A stretch of DNA of 64,000 bases from Mobula hypostoma (taxonomy: Eukaryota). Position 1 is the stretch's first letter. Every line of letters starts with the position of its first letter. The stretch covers positions 25,544,001-25,608,000 of the forward strand of contig NC_086123.1 in NCBI RefSeq assembly GCF_963921235.1. The letters run 5' to 3'. Position numbers and translations under genes: made by a program. Shown here one piece after another: positions 1 to 9,514 of the stretch. A model generated the notes under the pieces. That model was not told the DNA's origin, did not search any database, and worked only from the letters and a program-made list of their open reading frames with translations.

Positions 1-541
1 GAATAATTAAGGCAGGACATGATGAAGAGGTGGAAGTGGGAACCAGAGAGCTTGCGTGTGATCAGAGACAATCACCAAATGCGAGGTATAAATAATTACG
101 GTCTTTTCTAATGACCCAGCCGCACATGCCAGTTCATTATTGATCAACTGGAAGTTATTGTTGTGGTGAGCCACAATCAGTGGGGAATACACCAGTGACA
201 TAATCTCGTTGTGGAATCACTATTTTGATTGGATTGAGAGGAGCTGTACATATAGCACACTCTGGGATTGAACCACACAGAACAGCATTGAAATCACTGG
301 GTTGATTAGGGCTGTGTGAAAATCACATCACAGGCATTTAGCTCAACTACTTTGAGCCAGGCTTTGTGCTCCTTGCAGCTTGTTCTCGCCTATTTTACCC
401 TGCTGGTTTAAACTCCCAAAGTATACAGATGTCAGACAAAACATAAACAAGGAGAACTTGAGTCTTACTTCCCGGAGCCGTGCCTCATGTTATTCATCTA
501 ACAACGTTCTCCATTCACAATGAAAGGCAGAGTCTGAATTA

Positions 542-1505
542 GGGCAGCATGGTGGCGTAGTGATTAGATTAAATTAGATTAGATTAGATTAGATTATGAG
601 GACACGCAGTCCTCTTTTATTATCATTTAGTAATGCATGCATTAAGAAATGATACAGTGTTCCTCCAGAATGATATCACAAAAACACTAGACAAACCAAG
701 ACTGAAAACTGACAAAAACCACATAATTATAACATATAGTTACCACAGTGCAAAGCAATACTGTTATTTGATAAAAAACAGACCATGGGCACGGTAAAAA
801 AAAGTCTCAAAGTCCCTTGAAAGTCCCATCATCTCACGCAGATGGTAGAAGGAAGAAAAACTCTCCCTGCCATGAGCTTCCAGCGTCGCAAACTTGCCGA
901 TGCAGCACCCTGGAAGCACCTGACCACAGCCGACTCTTGAGTCCGTCCAAAAACTTTGAGCCTCCGACCAGCCCTCCGACACTGAGCACCGAGCACCATC
1001 TCTGCCGAGCGCTTCAGCTCTGGCCCCGGCAACAGGCAATAGGCAAAGCCAAGGATTTGGGGCCTTCGTCTCCAGAGATTCTTGATCGCACAGTAGCAGC
1101 GGCAGCGAAGTGGGCATTTCAGAAGTTTCTCCAGATGTTCCTCTGTGCTTCTCACATCTGTCTCCATCAAATCAGGATTATGCACGGTCCCTAATTAACA
1201 AATACGATATCATTTTGGAGCGGCCGTGCGCACTACGTCGCACCACCATCTTCTCCTCCCATATGAGTTAGCACAATGATCTGCCGTACAGGTGACCCGG
1301 GTTCGATTCTTGCCACTGCCTGTAAGGAATTGGTACGTTCTCCCTGTGACCGTCTGGGGAATTCTTTCTGGTACTCCAGTTTCTTTCAACAGTCCAAAGT
1401 CCTGTCATTGTAAATCCTGCGATTAGGCTAGGATTAAATCAGTGGACCGCTGGGCAGTGTGGCTCAAATGGCCAGAAAGGCCTATTCCACACTGTATCAC
1501 ACTGT
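542..1505 (+). mobile_element. tRNA-derived V-SINE, split by an insertion at 566-1260
   Basis: The A-box head TGGTGGCGTAGTG ends at about 565. The SINE resumes at about 1268 with TTAGCACAA, a B-box GGTTCGATTC and a V-domain-like GTACGTTCTCCCTGTGACC. Confidence 0.8.
566..1260 (-). mobile_element. Non-autonomous LINE-derived element with a GC-rich 5' head and a (CTAAT)n tail
   Basis: On the minus strand it starts GGGAGGAGAAGATGGTGGTGCG and ends with AATAAA plus an (ATTAG)n microsatellite at 566-597. It cleanly interrupts the V-SINE. Confidence 0.65.
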
Positions 1506-1507
1506 AT

Positions 1508-1950
1508 AATCAGAATCAGTTTTAATATCGCTGACATATGTCTTGAAATTTGATATTTTTTGGCAGCAGTATAGTGCAATACATAAAATCTATACATTAC
1601 TAGAGCAAAAATAATGAGATAGTGAGGTAGTATTCATGGATTCATTGTCTGTTCAGCAATCTGATTGCCAACAGGAAGAAGCTGTTCCTAAAGTGTTGAA
1701 TGTACCTCTTGTTAGATAGTAGTAGTAAGAAGAGAGCAGGCCCTGGGTCTTGGGGGCCCTTAATGAAGGATGTTGCATTTTTGAGGTATTACCTTTTGAA
1801 GGTGTTCGAGATGCAGGGGAGGATAGTGGTCTTGATGGAGGTGGCTGAGTTTGCAACCTTCTGTAGCTTTTACTGATCCTGTGCAATAGCCCCTCCATAC
1901 CAGACAAAGACGCAATCAGTTAGAATGCTCTCCACAGTATATCTGTAGTA
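1508..1950 (-). mobile_element. Rex/Babar-type LINE 3' fragment (degenerate)
   Basis: AATCAG tail repeats. Homologous to 3228-3780 and encodes decayed RT C-terminal sequence. Confidence 0.7.
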
Positions 1951-2107
1951 AAAGGGGTGACTTAAGCCACACAATAGCAAAACAAGTGAAACAAGTGGGC
2001 TGAGGATTAGAGGAAAGATAAAAAAACGCTTTAGACTTTACCCTAGCAACACACATCAAAGTTGCTGGTGAACACAGCAGGCCAGGCAGCATCTCTAGGA
2101 AGAGGTA

Positions 2108-2145
2108 CAGTTGACGTTTCAGGCCGAGACTCTTCATCAGGACTA
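2108..2145 (-). ncRNA. Minimal type I hammerhead ribozyme motif (helix I mismatch)
   Basis: Reverse complement reads UAGUC CUGAUGA AGAGUCUCGGCCU GAAACGUC AACUG. The core is intact, but the first helix I pair is broken and helix II is weakened. Confidence 0.65.
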
Positions 2146-2690
2146 ACTGAAGGAAGAGTTAGTAAGAGATTTGAAAGTGGGAGGGAGAGGGGGAGATCCG
2201 AAATGACAGGAGAAGACAGGAGGGGGAGGGATGGAACCAAGAGCTGGACAGGTGATTGGCAAAGGGGATATGAGAGGATCATGGGACAGGAGGTCCGCGG
2301 AGAAAGACAAGGGGGAGGGGGAACCAGAGGATGGACAAGGGGTATAGTCAGAGGGGCAGAGGGAGAAAAAGGAGAGGGAGAGAAAGAATGTGTGTATATA
2401 AATAAATAACGGATGGGGTACGAGGGGGATGTGGGGCATTAGCGGAAGTTAGAGAAGTCGATGTTCATGCCATCAGGTTGGAGACTACCCAGACGGAATA
2501 TAAGGTGTTGTTCCTCCAACCTGAGTGTGGCTTCATCTTTACAGTAGAGGAGGCCGTGGATAGACATGTCAGAATGGGAATCACCTGTCCAGCTCTTGGC
2601 TCCATCCCTCCCCCTCCTGTCTTCTCCTATCATTTTGGATCTCCCCCTCCCCCTCCCACTTGCAAATCTCTTACTAACTCTTCCTTCAGT

Positions 2691-2728
2691 TAGTCCTGAC
2701 GAAGGGTCTCGGCCTGAAACGTCGACTG
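2691..2728 (+). ncRNA. Minimal type I hammerhead ribozyme, intact core
   Basis: UAGUC CUGACGA AGG-GUCUCGG-CCU GAA ACGU C^GACUG. Contains CUGANGA, GAAA and a GUC triplet. Helix I is UAGUC/GACUG and helix III is the palindrome ACGU. Predicted cut after 2723. Confidence 0.85.
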
Positions 2729-2889
2729 TACCTCTTCCTAGAGATGCTGCCTGGCCTGCTGCGTTCACCAGCAACTTTGATGTGTGTTGCTTGAATTTCC
2801 GGCATCTTCAGAATTCCTGTTGTTTAGACTTTACCCTAATATTTTTTCAAACCTGTCTATGGGCTTTGTGTCTGTGGGCACAACGGCAT

Positions 2890-3157
2890 TTACTCAGTTA
2901 TCTGCTGAAGTGAGGCTGAGGCTGTTGGCCTGCTGCAGGCTTCATGTCTGAGCACTCACCCTTGTTCTGAATGTTATTTGCTTACTTTTATTGTTTGCAT
3001 GATTTGTTTTTTTTTTCTCTCACTGCACGTGAGGTTATTTGTTATGGGTTCCTATTGGGTTTCTTGCTTTGTGGCTGTCAGTAAGGAGACAAATCTCAAG
3101 GTTGTATATAGTATACATACTTTGATTATAAATGTACTTTGAACTTCTGAACTTTGA
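2890..3157 (+). mobile_element. 3' part of a non-autonomous LINE-tailed element
   Basis: Shared tail AAATCTCAAGGTTGTATA...AAATGTACTTTGAAC, also seen at about 6540, 12830, 55950 and (minus strand) 56870. Confidence 0.6.
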
Positions 3158-3227
3158 AGAAAGGAGGTGGCAAAGCTGAGGGTTCCATGTGAATCCACTT
3201 TCAACAGGTGGGAGCTTATACAGAGGT

Positions 3228-4612
3228 AATCAGAATTGGAATCAGGTTTAATATCACCGGCATACAGTATATCATGAAATTTGTTAACTTAGCAGCAGCA
3301 GTACAATGCAATTCATGATAATATAGAGAAAAAATAAGTAAGTCAGTTGCAGTAAGTATATATAAATCGTTAAATTAAAAATAGTGCAAAATCAGAAATA
3401 ATAAAGGTGAAGTAGTGTTCACAGATTCAATGTCCATTTACGAATTGGGTGGCAGTGAGGAAGAAGCTGTTCCTGAATTGCTGAGCGTGTACCTTCAGGC
3501 TTCTGTACCTCATTCCTGACAGTAACAACGTGAAGAGAGCATGTCCTGGGTGGATGGAGGTCCTTAATATTGGACTCCGCCTTTCTAAGGCACCGGTCCT
3601 TGAAGATGTCTTGGATACTACAGACGCTGGTACCAAGATGGACCTGATTAATCTTACAACTTTCTGTAGCTTCTTTTGATTCTGTGCAGTAGCTCCCCCC
3701 ATACCATACAGTGATGCAGCCTGTCAGAACACTCTCCATGGTACATGGGTAGAAGTTTTCAAGTGTCTTAGGTGACAAACCTGATCACCTCAAACTCAAA
3801 GTATAGCCGCTGTCGTGCCTTCGTTATAGCTGTATCGATATGTTAACTCCTCGGAGATCTTGACACCCAGGAACCTGAAATTGCTCACTCTCTCCACTTC
3901 TGATCCCTCTTTGAGGATTGGCTCATGATCCCTCATCCTACCCCTTCTGAAGTCCACAGTCAGCTCTTTCGTCTTACTGATGTTAAGCACAAGGTTGTTG
4001 TTGTGACACCACTCAACTAGCTGGTATATCTTTCTTCTGTACGCCCTCTCATCTCCACCTAAGATTCTGCCAACAGTGGTTGTATCATCAGCAAGTTTAT
4101 AGATGGAATTTGAGCTGTGCCTAGCCACAACTCATGGGTATAGAGAGAGTAGAGCAGTGGGCTAAGCACACATTCCTGAAGTGCGACAGTGTGGATTGTC
4201 AGCGAGGAGGAGTTATTATTACCAATCCTTATCGGTCTTCCAATTAGGAAGTCAAGGATCCAATTGCTGAGGCCCAGGTTCTGTAGCTTATCAAGCAGGG
4301 TTGTGGGAATGATGGTGTTAAACGTTGAGCTATAATCAATGAACAGTATCCTGACATAGGGGTTTGTATTGTCCAGGTGATCTAAGGCTGTGTGAAGAGC
4401 GATCGAGATTGCCTCTGCTGTAGCCCTGTTGTGACAACAGGCAAATTGCAGAGGGTCCAGGTCCTTGCTGAGGCAGGAGTTCATTCTGGCCGTGACCAAC
4501 CTCTCAAAGCGTTTCACCACCATAGATGTGAGTGCTACTGGATGGTAGTCATTATGGCAGCTCACACTCCTCTTCTTGGGTACTGGTATAATCGTTGACC
4601 TTTTGAAGCAGC
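3228..4612 (-). mobile_element. Rex/Babar-type LINE, 5'-truncated RT pseudogene
   Basis: Frameshifted ORFs give NDYHPVALTS...LDPLQFA...LFIDYSSTFNT...QECVLSPLLYSLY, then KLADDTT, NISKTKEL and FRFLGV. AATCAG tail. Confidence 0.9.
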
Positions 4613-4826
4613 AATCAATGTCAGATTGTAAACTGATATCTATTTTTCATATTTCCATGCAATAAAGAAGACGTTTTTCAGCCCATTGAGTGTATTATAT
4701 CTCTCAGAGCAGTCCCATCACTTCCCTCCCCTGTTAATCTAGTCTCTCTCAAGTGCCCATCAAATTCTCCCTGATTCTCTGACCATTGACCTGCATTAAG
4801 GGGTAATTTACAGCAGGCACTAAACA

Positions 4827-4964
4827 GACCTGAGGAAATCTGCAGATGCTGGAAATCCAAAGCACCACACACAATATGCTGGAGGAACTCAGCAGGTCAG
4901 GTAGCATCTACAGAAAAGAATAAACAGTTGACATTTTGGACCGAAATCCTTCATCGGGACTGAG
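4827..4964 (-). mobile_element. PLE 3' fragment with decayed hammerhead (4925-4962)
   Basis: GAAATCTGCAGATGCTGG tail. Reverse-complement core CAGUC CCGAUGA AGGAUUUCGGUCC AAAAUGUC AACUG. Confidence 0.8.
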
Positions 4965-4977
4965 GAATAAACGTTCC

Positions 4978-5205
4978 TGTCATGTTTTGTAACTTCAAAA
5001 CACTAAACTAATTCAAAGGAAGACACGGGAGTCTGAAATGTGAGTCTAACTGAGTGTTTTATTTTAAATGAGGTGTGCACGCTTCACATGGTAGCATCTT
5101 GGAACATACAATTCATGTATTTGTATATATAACCCATAATGAATTTTTTAAATGAACAAGAATGCTCAATATATACAAGATTACTGAAATATTAAATACA
5201 CAACA
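4978..5205 (-). mobile_element. Short putative solo LTR (228 bp)
   Basis: TGT...ACA termini with flanks TTCC/ATCC (3 of 4 match). AATAAA on the minus strand. A related partial copy lies at about 45439-45560. Confidence 0.5.
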
Positions 5206-5370
5206 ATCCCAACCAGCTTTAGAAATGTGAGAGGAAACTGGGATACCCAGGGGAAGCCAATACAGTCACCGGCGAAACATTTCAACACCACACAGAGAGT
5301 AGCTAATGTCAGATTGAACCAGGTTACTGGGAACATAGGGGTAGCAGCTGTATGAAGATACTAGAAGTAA

Positions 5371-5863
5371 AAACGCAAATACAAGGAAATCTGCAGATGC
5401 TGGAATTTCAAGCAACACACATAAAAATTGCTGGTGAATGCAACAGGCCAGGCAGCATCTCTAGGAAGAGGTACAGTCGAAGTTTCGGGCCGAGACCCTT
5501 CGTCAGGACTAACTGAAGGAAGAGCTAGTAAGAGATTTGAAAGTGGGAGGGGGAGGGGGAGACCCGAAATGATAGGAGAAGACAGGAGCGGGAGGGATGG
5601 AGCCAAGAGCTGGACAGGTGATTGGCAAAAGGGATATGAGAATATCATGGGACGGGAGGCCTAGGGAGAAAGAAAGGGGGAGGGGGGAAGCCCAGAGGAT
5701 GGGCAAGGAGTATAGTGAGAGGGACAGAGGGAGAAAAAGGAGAGAGAAAAAAAGTTAATAATAATAATAATAATAAAAATAAATAAATAACGGAGGGGTT
5801 ACGAAGGGGTGGTGGGGCATTAACGGAAGTTAGAGAAGTCGATGTTCATGCCATCAGGTTGGA
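5371..5863 (-). mobile_element. Penelope-like element 3' end, 11-bp TSD
   Basis: TSD ACTAGAAGTAA at 5360-5370 and 5864-5874. Close homologue of 2046-2500. The hammerhead at 5474-5511 has ACGU mutated to ACUU. Confidence 0.9.
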
Positions 5864-6054
5864 ACTAGAAGTAACTTTGTTTTTAATAGTCTGTAACTAT
5901 AGATGAGCACTTTACTCTGTAGATTGAGCAGTGAAGTACCCATTAGAATAACACTGTTCTAGGAGGGCTCGTTGTATTTTTGTGAACAACGAAGTTGCGG
6001 CTTTTCCTAATTCTGTGATTGTGATGTATTGCAGTCTTTCTCAATAACAACATC

Positions 6055-6605
6055 GAGGCGAGTACAGAGGGCGAGCAATTGTTCAGCGCTGTCTACCAGC
6101 CTCTCGCTCGCAGCTGTCGGAGGAGGGTGTCTGCATGTTACTGTCTCTCTCTCTCACCTCACTCACTGCTCCCAAAAGAAGGCCCATGTGTTTGAATGGT
6201 CCCTCTCTCCCCCTCGATGCTGTTGGTGGATGGCACTGAAGTTTTGGGTCTGCGGTTTGCGGATTGGACTGTAGTTTTGGTTGATCGTTTTTCAGTTGCT
6301 CCTTTGCTATTCTGGGCAACTTTGAATCAGGGCAGCCTGCAGATAATGAGCCAGATATGGACTCTTTTGATTTTGTGTTATATTCTCTTTGCTTTCACTT
6401 GTTCTCTCTTTTTACTGTTTGCACGATTTGTATTTTTGCCCGGGGGGGTTGATATCCTTGCACCTGGGGGGTGTTGATTTTTTTTCTTTGGACGGGTTCC
6501 ATGGTGTTTCTTTGTTCCGTGGCTGTCTGTGGGGAAGACAAATCTCAGGGTGTATACTGCATTCATACTTCGATAATAAATGTACTTTGAATCTTTTGAA
6601 TCTTT
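6055..6605 (+). mobile_element. Non-autonomous LINE-tailed element
   Basis: GC-rich head and shared tail AAATCTCAGGGTGTATA...AATAAATGTACTTTGAATCT. Related to 55490-55998. Confidence 0.6.
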
Positions 6606-7229
6606 CTTTTTTTAACAGCTTACAGGTCTAAGGATCCAACTAGCAAGTAGTTTGATGTATTTCACCCATTTCAATTTTGTTTCCTATTTTGACATGACTT
6701 TATACAGTAAATTAATATTCTTACAACCAGTTATGTGTTTTGCCTCACTGGTTTCCAGGCAATGTATTGTTAGTCATGCTTATCCATTCATTTCGCTACA
6801 ATTTGGCTACAGGGTGTTTGACCATATCATATTCCATATCCTGAACAAAATTAACTCTTTATTTTCTCTTGATGTTTTAATGGTACTTGGCTATGTTCTA
6901 ACAACCTACCCAACAGAGAGTAGAGAAACCTATTCTGCTTCCCAGCCATAGTAAGATTAATGGCTCTTCAGAGACAACTTAATCCCTGCTAGGAACACAA
7001 TGTTATCTAGAGAAATTTGTCCTCCAAATTGTAAAGCTAAATGCAATATAAGCAGTGGCAGTGAATTATATGAAGTTTCTGATACTTGGTTCTATAACAG
7101 AAATAGAGTTCAGAATCAGTGCAAAGCTAGCCATTTCCATGTTCTGTATATTTTACTGTCCATTCCCAGACATCCCACCCTGCAAAAACTCATTTCAGGG
7201 AGGTATCACCACCATTTCAGGGAGGTAGC

Positions 7230-7290
7230 ATCCCCACCCCCCCGCAACCCCATATCCCCACCCCCTCGCAACCCCATATCCACCCCCCCC
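7230..7290. repeat. 24-bp C-rich tandem repeat (about 2.5 copies)
   Basis: ATCCCCACCCCC(C/T)CGCAACCCCAT twice plus a partial copy. G-quadruplex potential on the minus strand. Confidence 0.85.
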
Positions 7291-7680
7291 GACCTCCAAG
7301 GGTGTATGTAATACTTTGTTTACTGATTTTGTCTGATCTGTAAACCAAATTGGGTATATGCAGAAAATGTGATATTATGTACTTATATTATGGTGTTTAT
7401 TCTATTACAGCTTTAAGCAAGTCTACAGGGAGTTTGGCCTCATCACGTAGGACATCAATGGCGTAGCTCCTTAGCATCTAGCCTGCTAGTTTAAATAACG
7501 TTAGCTATGCTAAATAATGAATGACACCTGTTAAACTCACCTCAACACGTCTTTTACATTTTAACCCACCGTGGACAATAGAAAAGTCACTGTTGCAAAC
7601 AGTGCAGTGAGCAACACTGTCATTATTTTTGCGGTCGACTGTAAAGCCCGCCCACAGAGAAAACTGGTAAGTCTACTTAG

Positions 7681-8353
7681 CAGGGGTCCCCAACATTTTT
7701 TGCACCGCAGACCGGTTTAATATTGACAATATTCTTGCGGACCGGCCGACCGGGAGCGGGGGTGTTAATCACGACCAGAATATAGGTGATAAGTCAATTA
7801 TAAGTCAATAGCATCATAACAGTTTAAGTAACGTTTGGATATTAAACACACAGCGCATATTTTCCCCATATGAACATATAAAATCATTGCAACGCACCAA
7901 TATCGCTGAATCCATGGGAGCCCTGGGCTTGTTTTCCTGCAACAAGACGGTGCCATTGAGGGGTGATGGGAGACAGCGATACTCAAAGGGAGTTCCTTAT
8001 GTCCAGTCGATTCCGCGATTTAGTTTTTGTTGCATTCATTGCAGAAAACTCTGCTTCGCAGCGATATGATGTTGGAAATGGAAGCAGCGTTTTCAGTGCT
8101 TTCATGGCTAGCTCAGGATATTTAGCCTTGACTTTGATCCAGAATGCCGGCAGAGATGTTATGTCAAGCATACTTTTCAGCCCGCCGTCATTTGCAAGCT
8201 TAAGGAGTTGATCTCCTTCCCGCGTTGACATGGATGGCGCACGGGTAATGACCTCGCATGCGTTCAAGCTCAACAGTGGGCGTGACTGGGAATGAGGAAA
8301 GGTGCCGCTGACTCATATCGCCAAATCATATCATTTCCTGGTGGTTGGGGACC
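7681..8353 (-). mobile_element. hAT Charlie/Buster-type internally deleted transposon
   Basis: Left TIR CAGGGGTCCCCAAC and right GTTGGGGACC. ORF 7983-8273 encodes the hAT C-terminal dimerisation region (FWIKVKAKYPELAMKALKTLLPFPTSYRCEAEFS...RNRLD). Confidence 0.88.
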
Positions 8354-8658
8354 AATTTTAGCATGAAGAGAGACCAATCAGGATGCTCGCTCTCCCTCTC
8401 CCTCTCTTTCTCAAAAAAACTATTTCCAGGATATTGTATATAATTTCCGGGCATCAAGGAGCCACTATCGATATGCGGGAGACTCCCGGAACTTCTGGGA
8501 GAGGTGGGATGTCTGCATTCCAATGAGAAAGTTCTAGAAGTAAATGCACAGATTTCTTTGAAGTTGGCAGGTCTAGAGGTGATATTTAAATAACCCTTTG
8601 GATCATTGGTTTTATAAATAGAAACAGAGGCTCCGAAGTTGGGCAAGTTATTCTGGAC

Positions 8659-8739
8659 CAGAGGTCTCCAGCCTTGTTTTATGCTCATGGACCCCTACCA
8701 TTAACTGAGGGGTTATGAAGCCCAGGCTGGGAACCCCTG
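8659..8739. mobile_element. ~80-bp hAT Charlie-type MITE
   Basis: CAGAGGTCTCCAGC...GCTGGGAACCCCTG termini and core ATGGACCCCTACCATTAACTGAGGGG, shared with other copies in the window. Confidence 0.7.
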
Positions 8740-9514
8740 CAACTTGGACCTTTGCAATACACTGGCTAGGGCCAAGCAGACTGTTATGAACAATCCATGC
8801 CATGAAATTTTGGGATGAGTTACAAGATTTCAGTGAAGATGCAGAGAAGGTTTCTCAGAGTGGTGCCAGGGATAAAATACTCCCAATTATTTGGACAGAA
8901 CAGAGAAAAACTGTGAGGATTTGCAGCTCAGGTGAAGGGAAAATGTGGTGGGGTTAATCAAACAAATAAGAAGAAAGTGTTCCCTGCATCAGAAGGATTT
9001 AGAATTAAGGCAATTCACCAGTGGTTAATGATGAAGCAAATACAATGTCTCTACAAGGCCCTCCATGATTTATCGCCTGGCCTCCCATAAGATCCCGAAG
9101 TGCTCTTGGTCATTTGCCCACCTTAATGCACTTCAAGGATGCAAATATCTCTTTCCTCATAAAATGCATATGTTCCAAGACCTCACTGCCTAGTACTCTA
9201 ATTTTGTTGGCATCCATGATATTCTCTTTAGTAAACACTGAGGAGAAATAGATATAAAAAGTCTCTCCTGTGGCTCCACAAATTGGTGGCCGATAAGAGA
9301 ACCTAGTGTCTCCCTAGTCACCCCTGTGTACAGTTCCGGTGTTCACACTACAGGAATGATTTGGTACCAATTGTAAAAATGTCAGACGGATTCACAATTA
9401 GTGTTTCTGCAACGGAAGGCTGTAGTTCCAAGGGAAATCTGGGACATGGTGGAAGATAGAAAGCTGAGTGTTCACATTATAGAGATTCAGAAGATTATGA
9501 GTATAGACAGGTCA

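Larger units (their letters stand above)
2046..2822. mobile_element. Penelope-like element (Neptune type), inverted pLTR arrangement, 16-bp TSD
   Basis: TSD TTTAGACTTTACCCTA at 2030-2045 and 2823-2838. Inverted arms at 2046-2256 and 2580-2790, with an unpaired tail at 2791-2822. The GIY-YIG C-terminus (SHSDMSIHGL...RLEEQHLIFRLGSLQPDGMNIDFSNFR*) is on the minus strand. Confidence 0.92.
4680..5350 (-). mobile_element. Degenerate V-SINE, interrupted by a PLE fragment and a solo LTR
   Basis: GAGGAAACTGGGATACCCAGGGGAAGCC (reverse-complement V domain) at about 5230. The 3' part lies at 4680-4826. Confidence 0.5.
7167..8515. mobile_element. Non-autonomous DNA transposon with 13-bp TIR and 6-bp TSD
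   Basis: CAGACATCCCACC at 7167 and GGTGGGATGTCTG ending at 8515 form a perfect inverted repeat. CATTCC flanks both sides (7161-7166, 8516-8521). Confidence 0.8.

Noticed and set aside
2062-2409. Recurring MLVNAAGQAASLGRG and SPDEGSRPETST ORFs
   Set aside because: These are translations of the non-coding pLTR/hammerhead region. They recur because the repeat recurs.
7983-8273. Domesticated ZBED/SCAND3-like host gene
   Set aside because: Only the C-terminal fragment is present, and it lies between transposon TIRs, so it is a deleted transposon.
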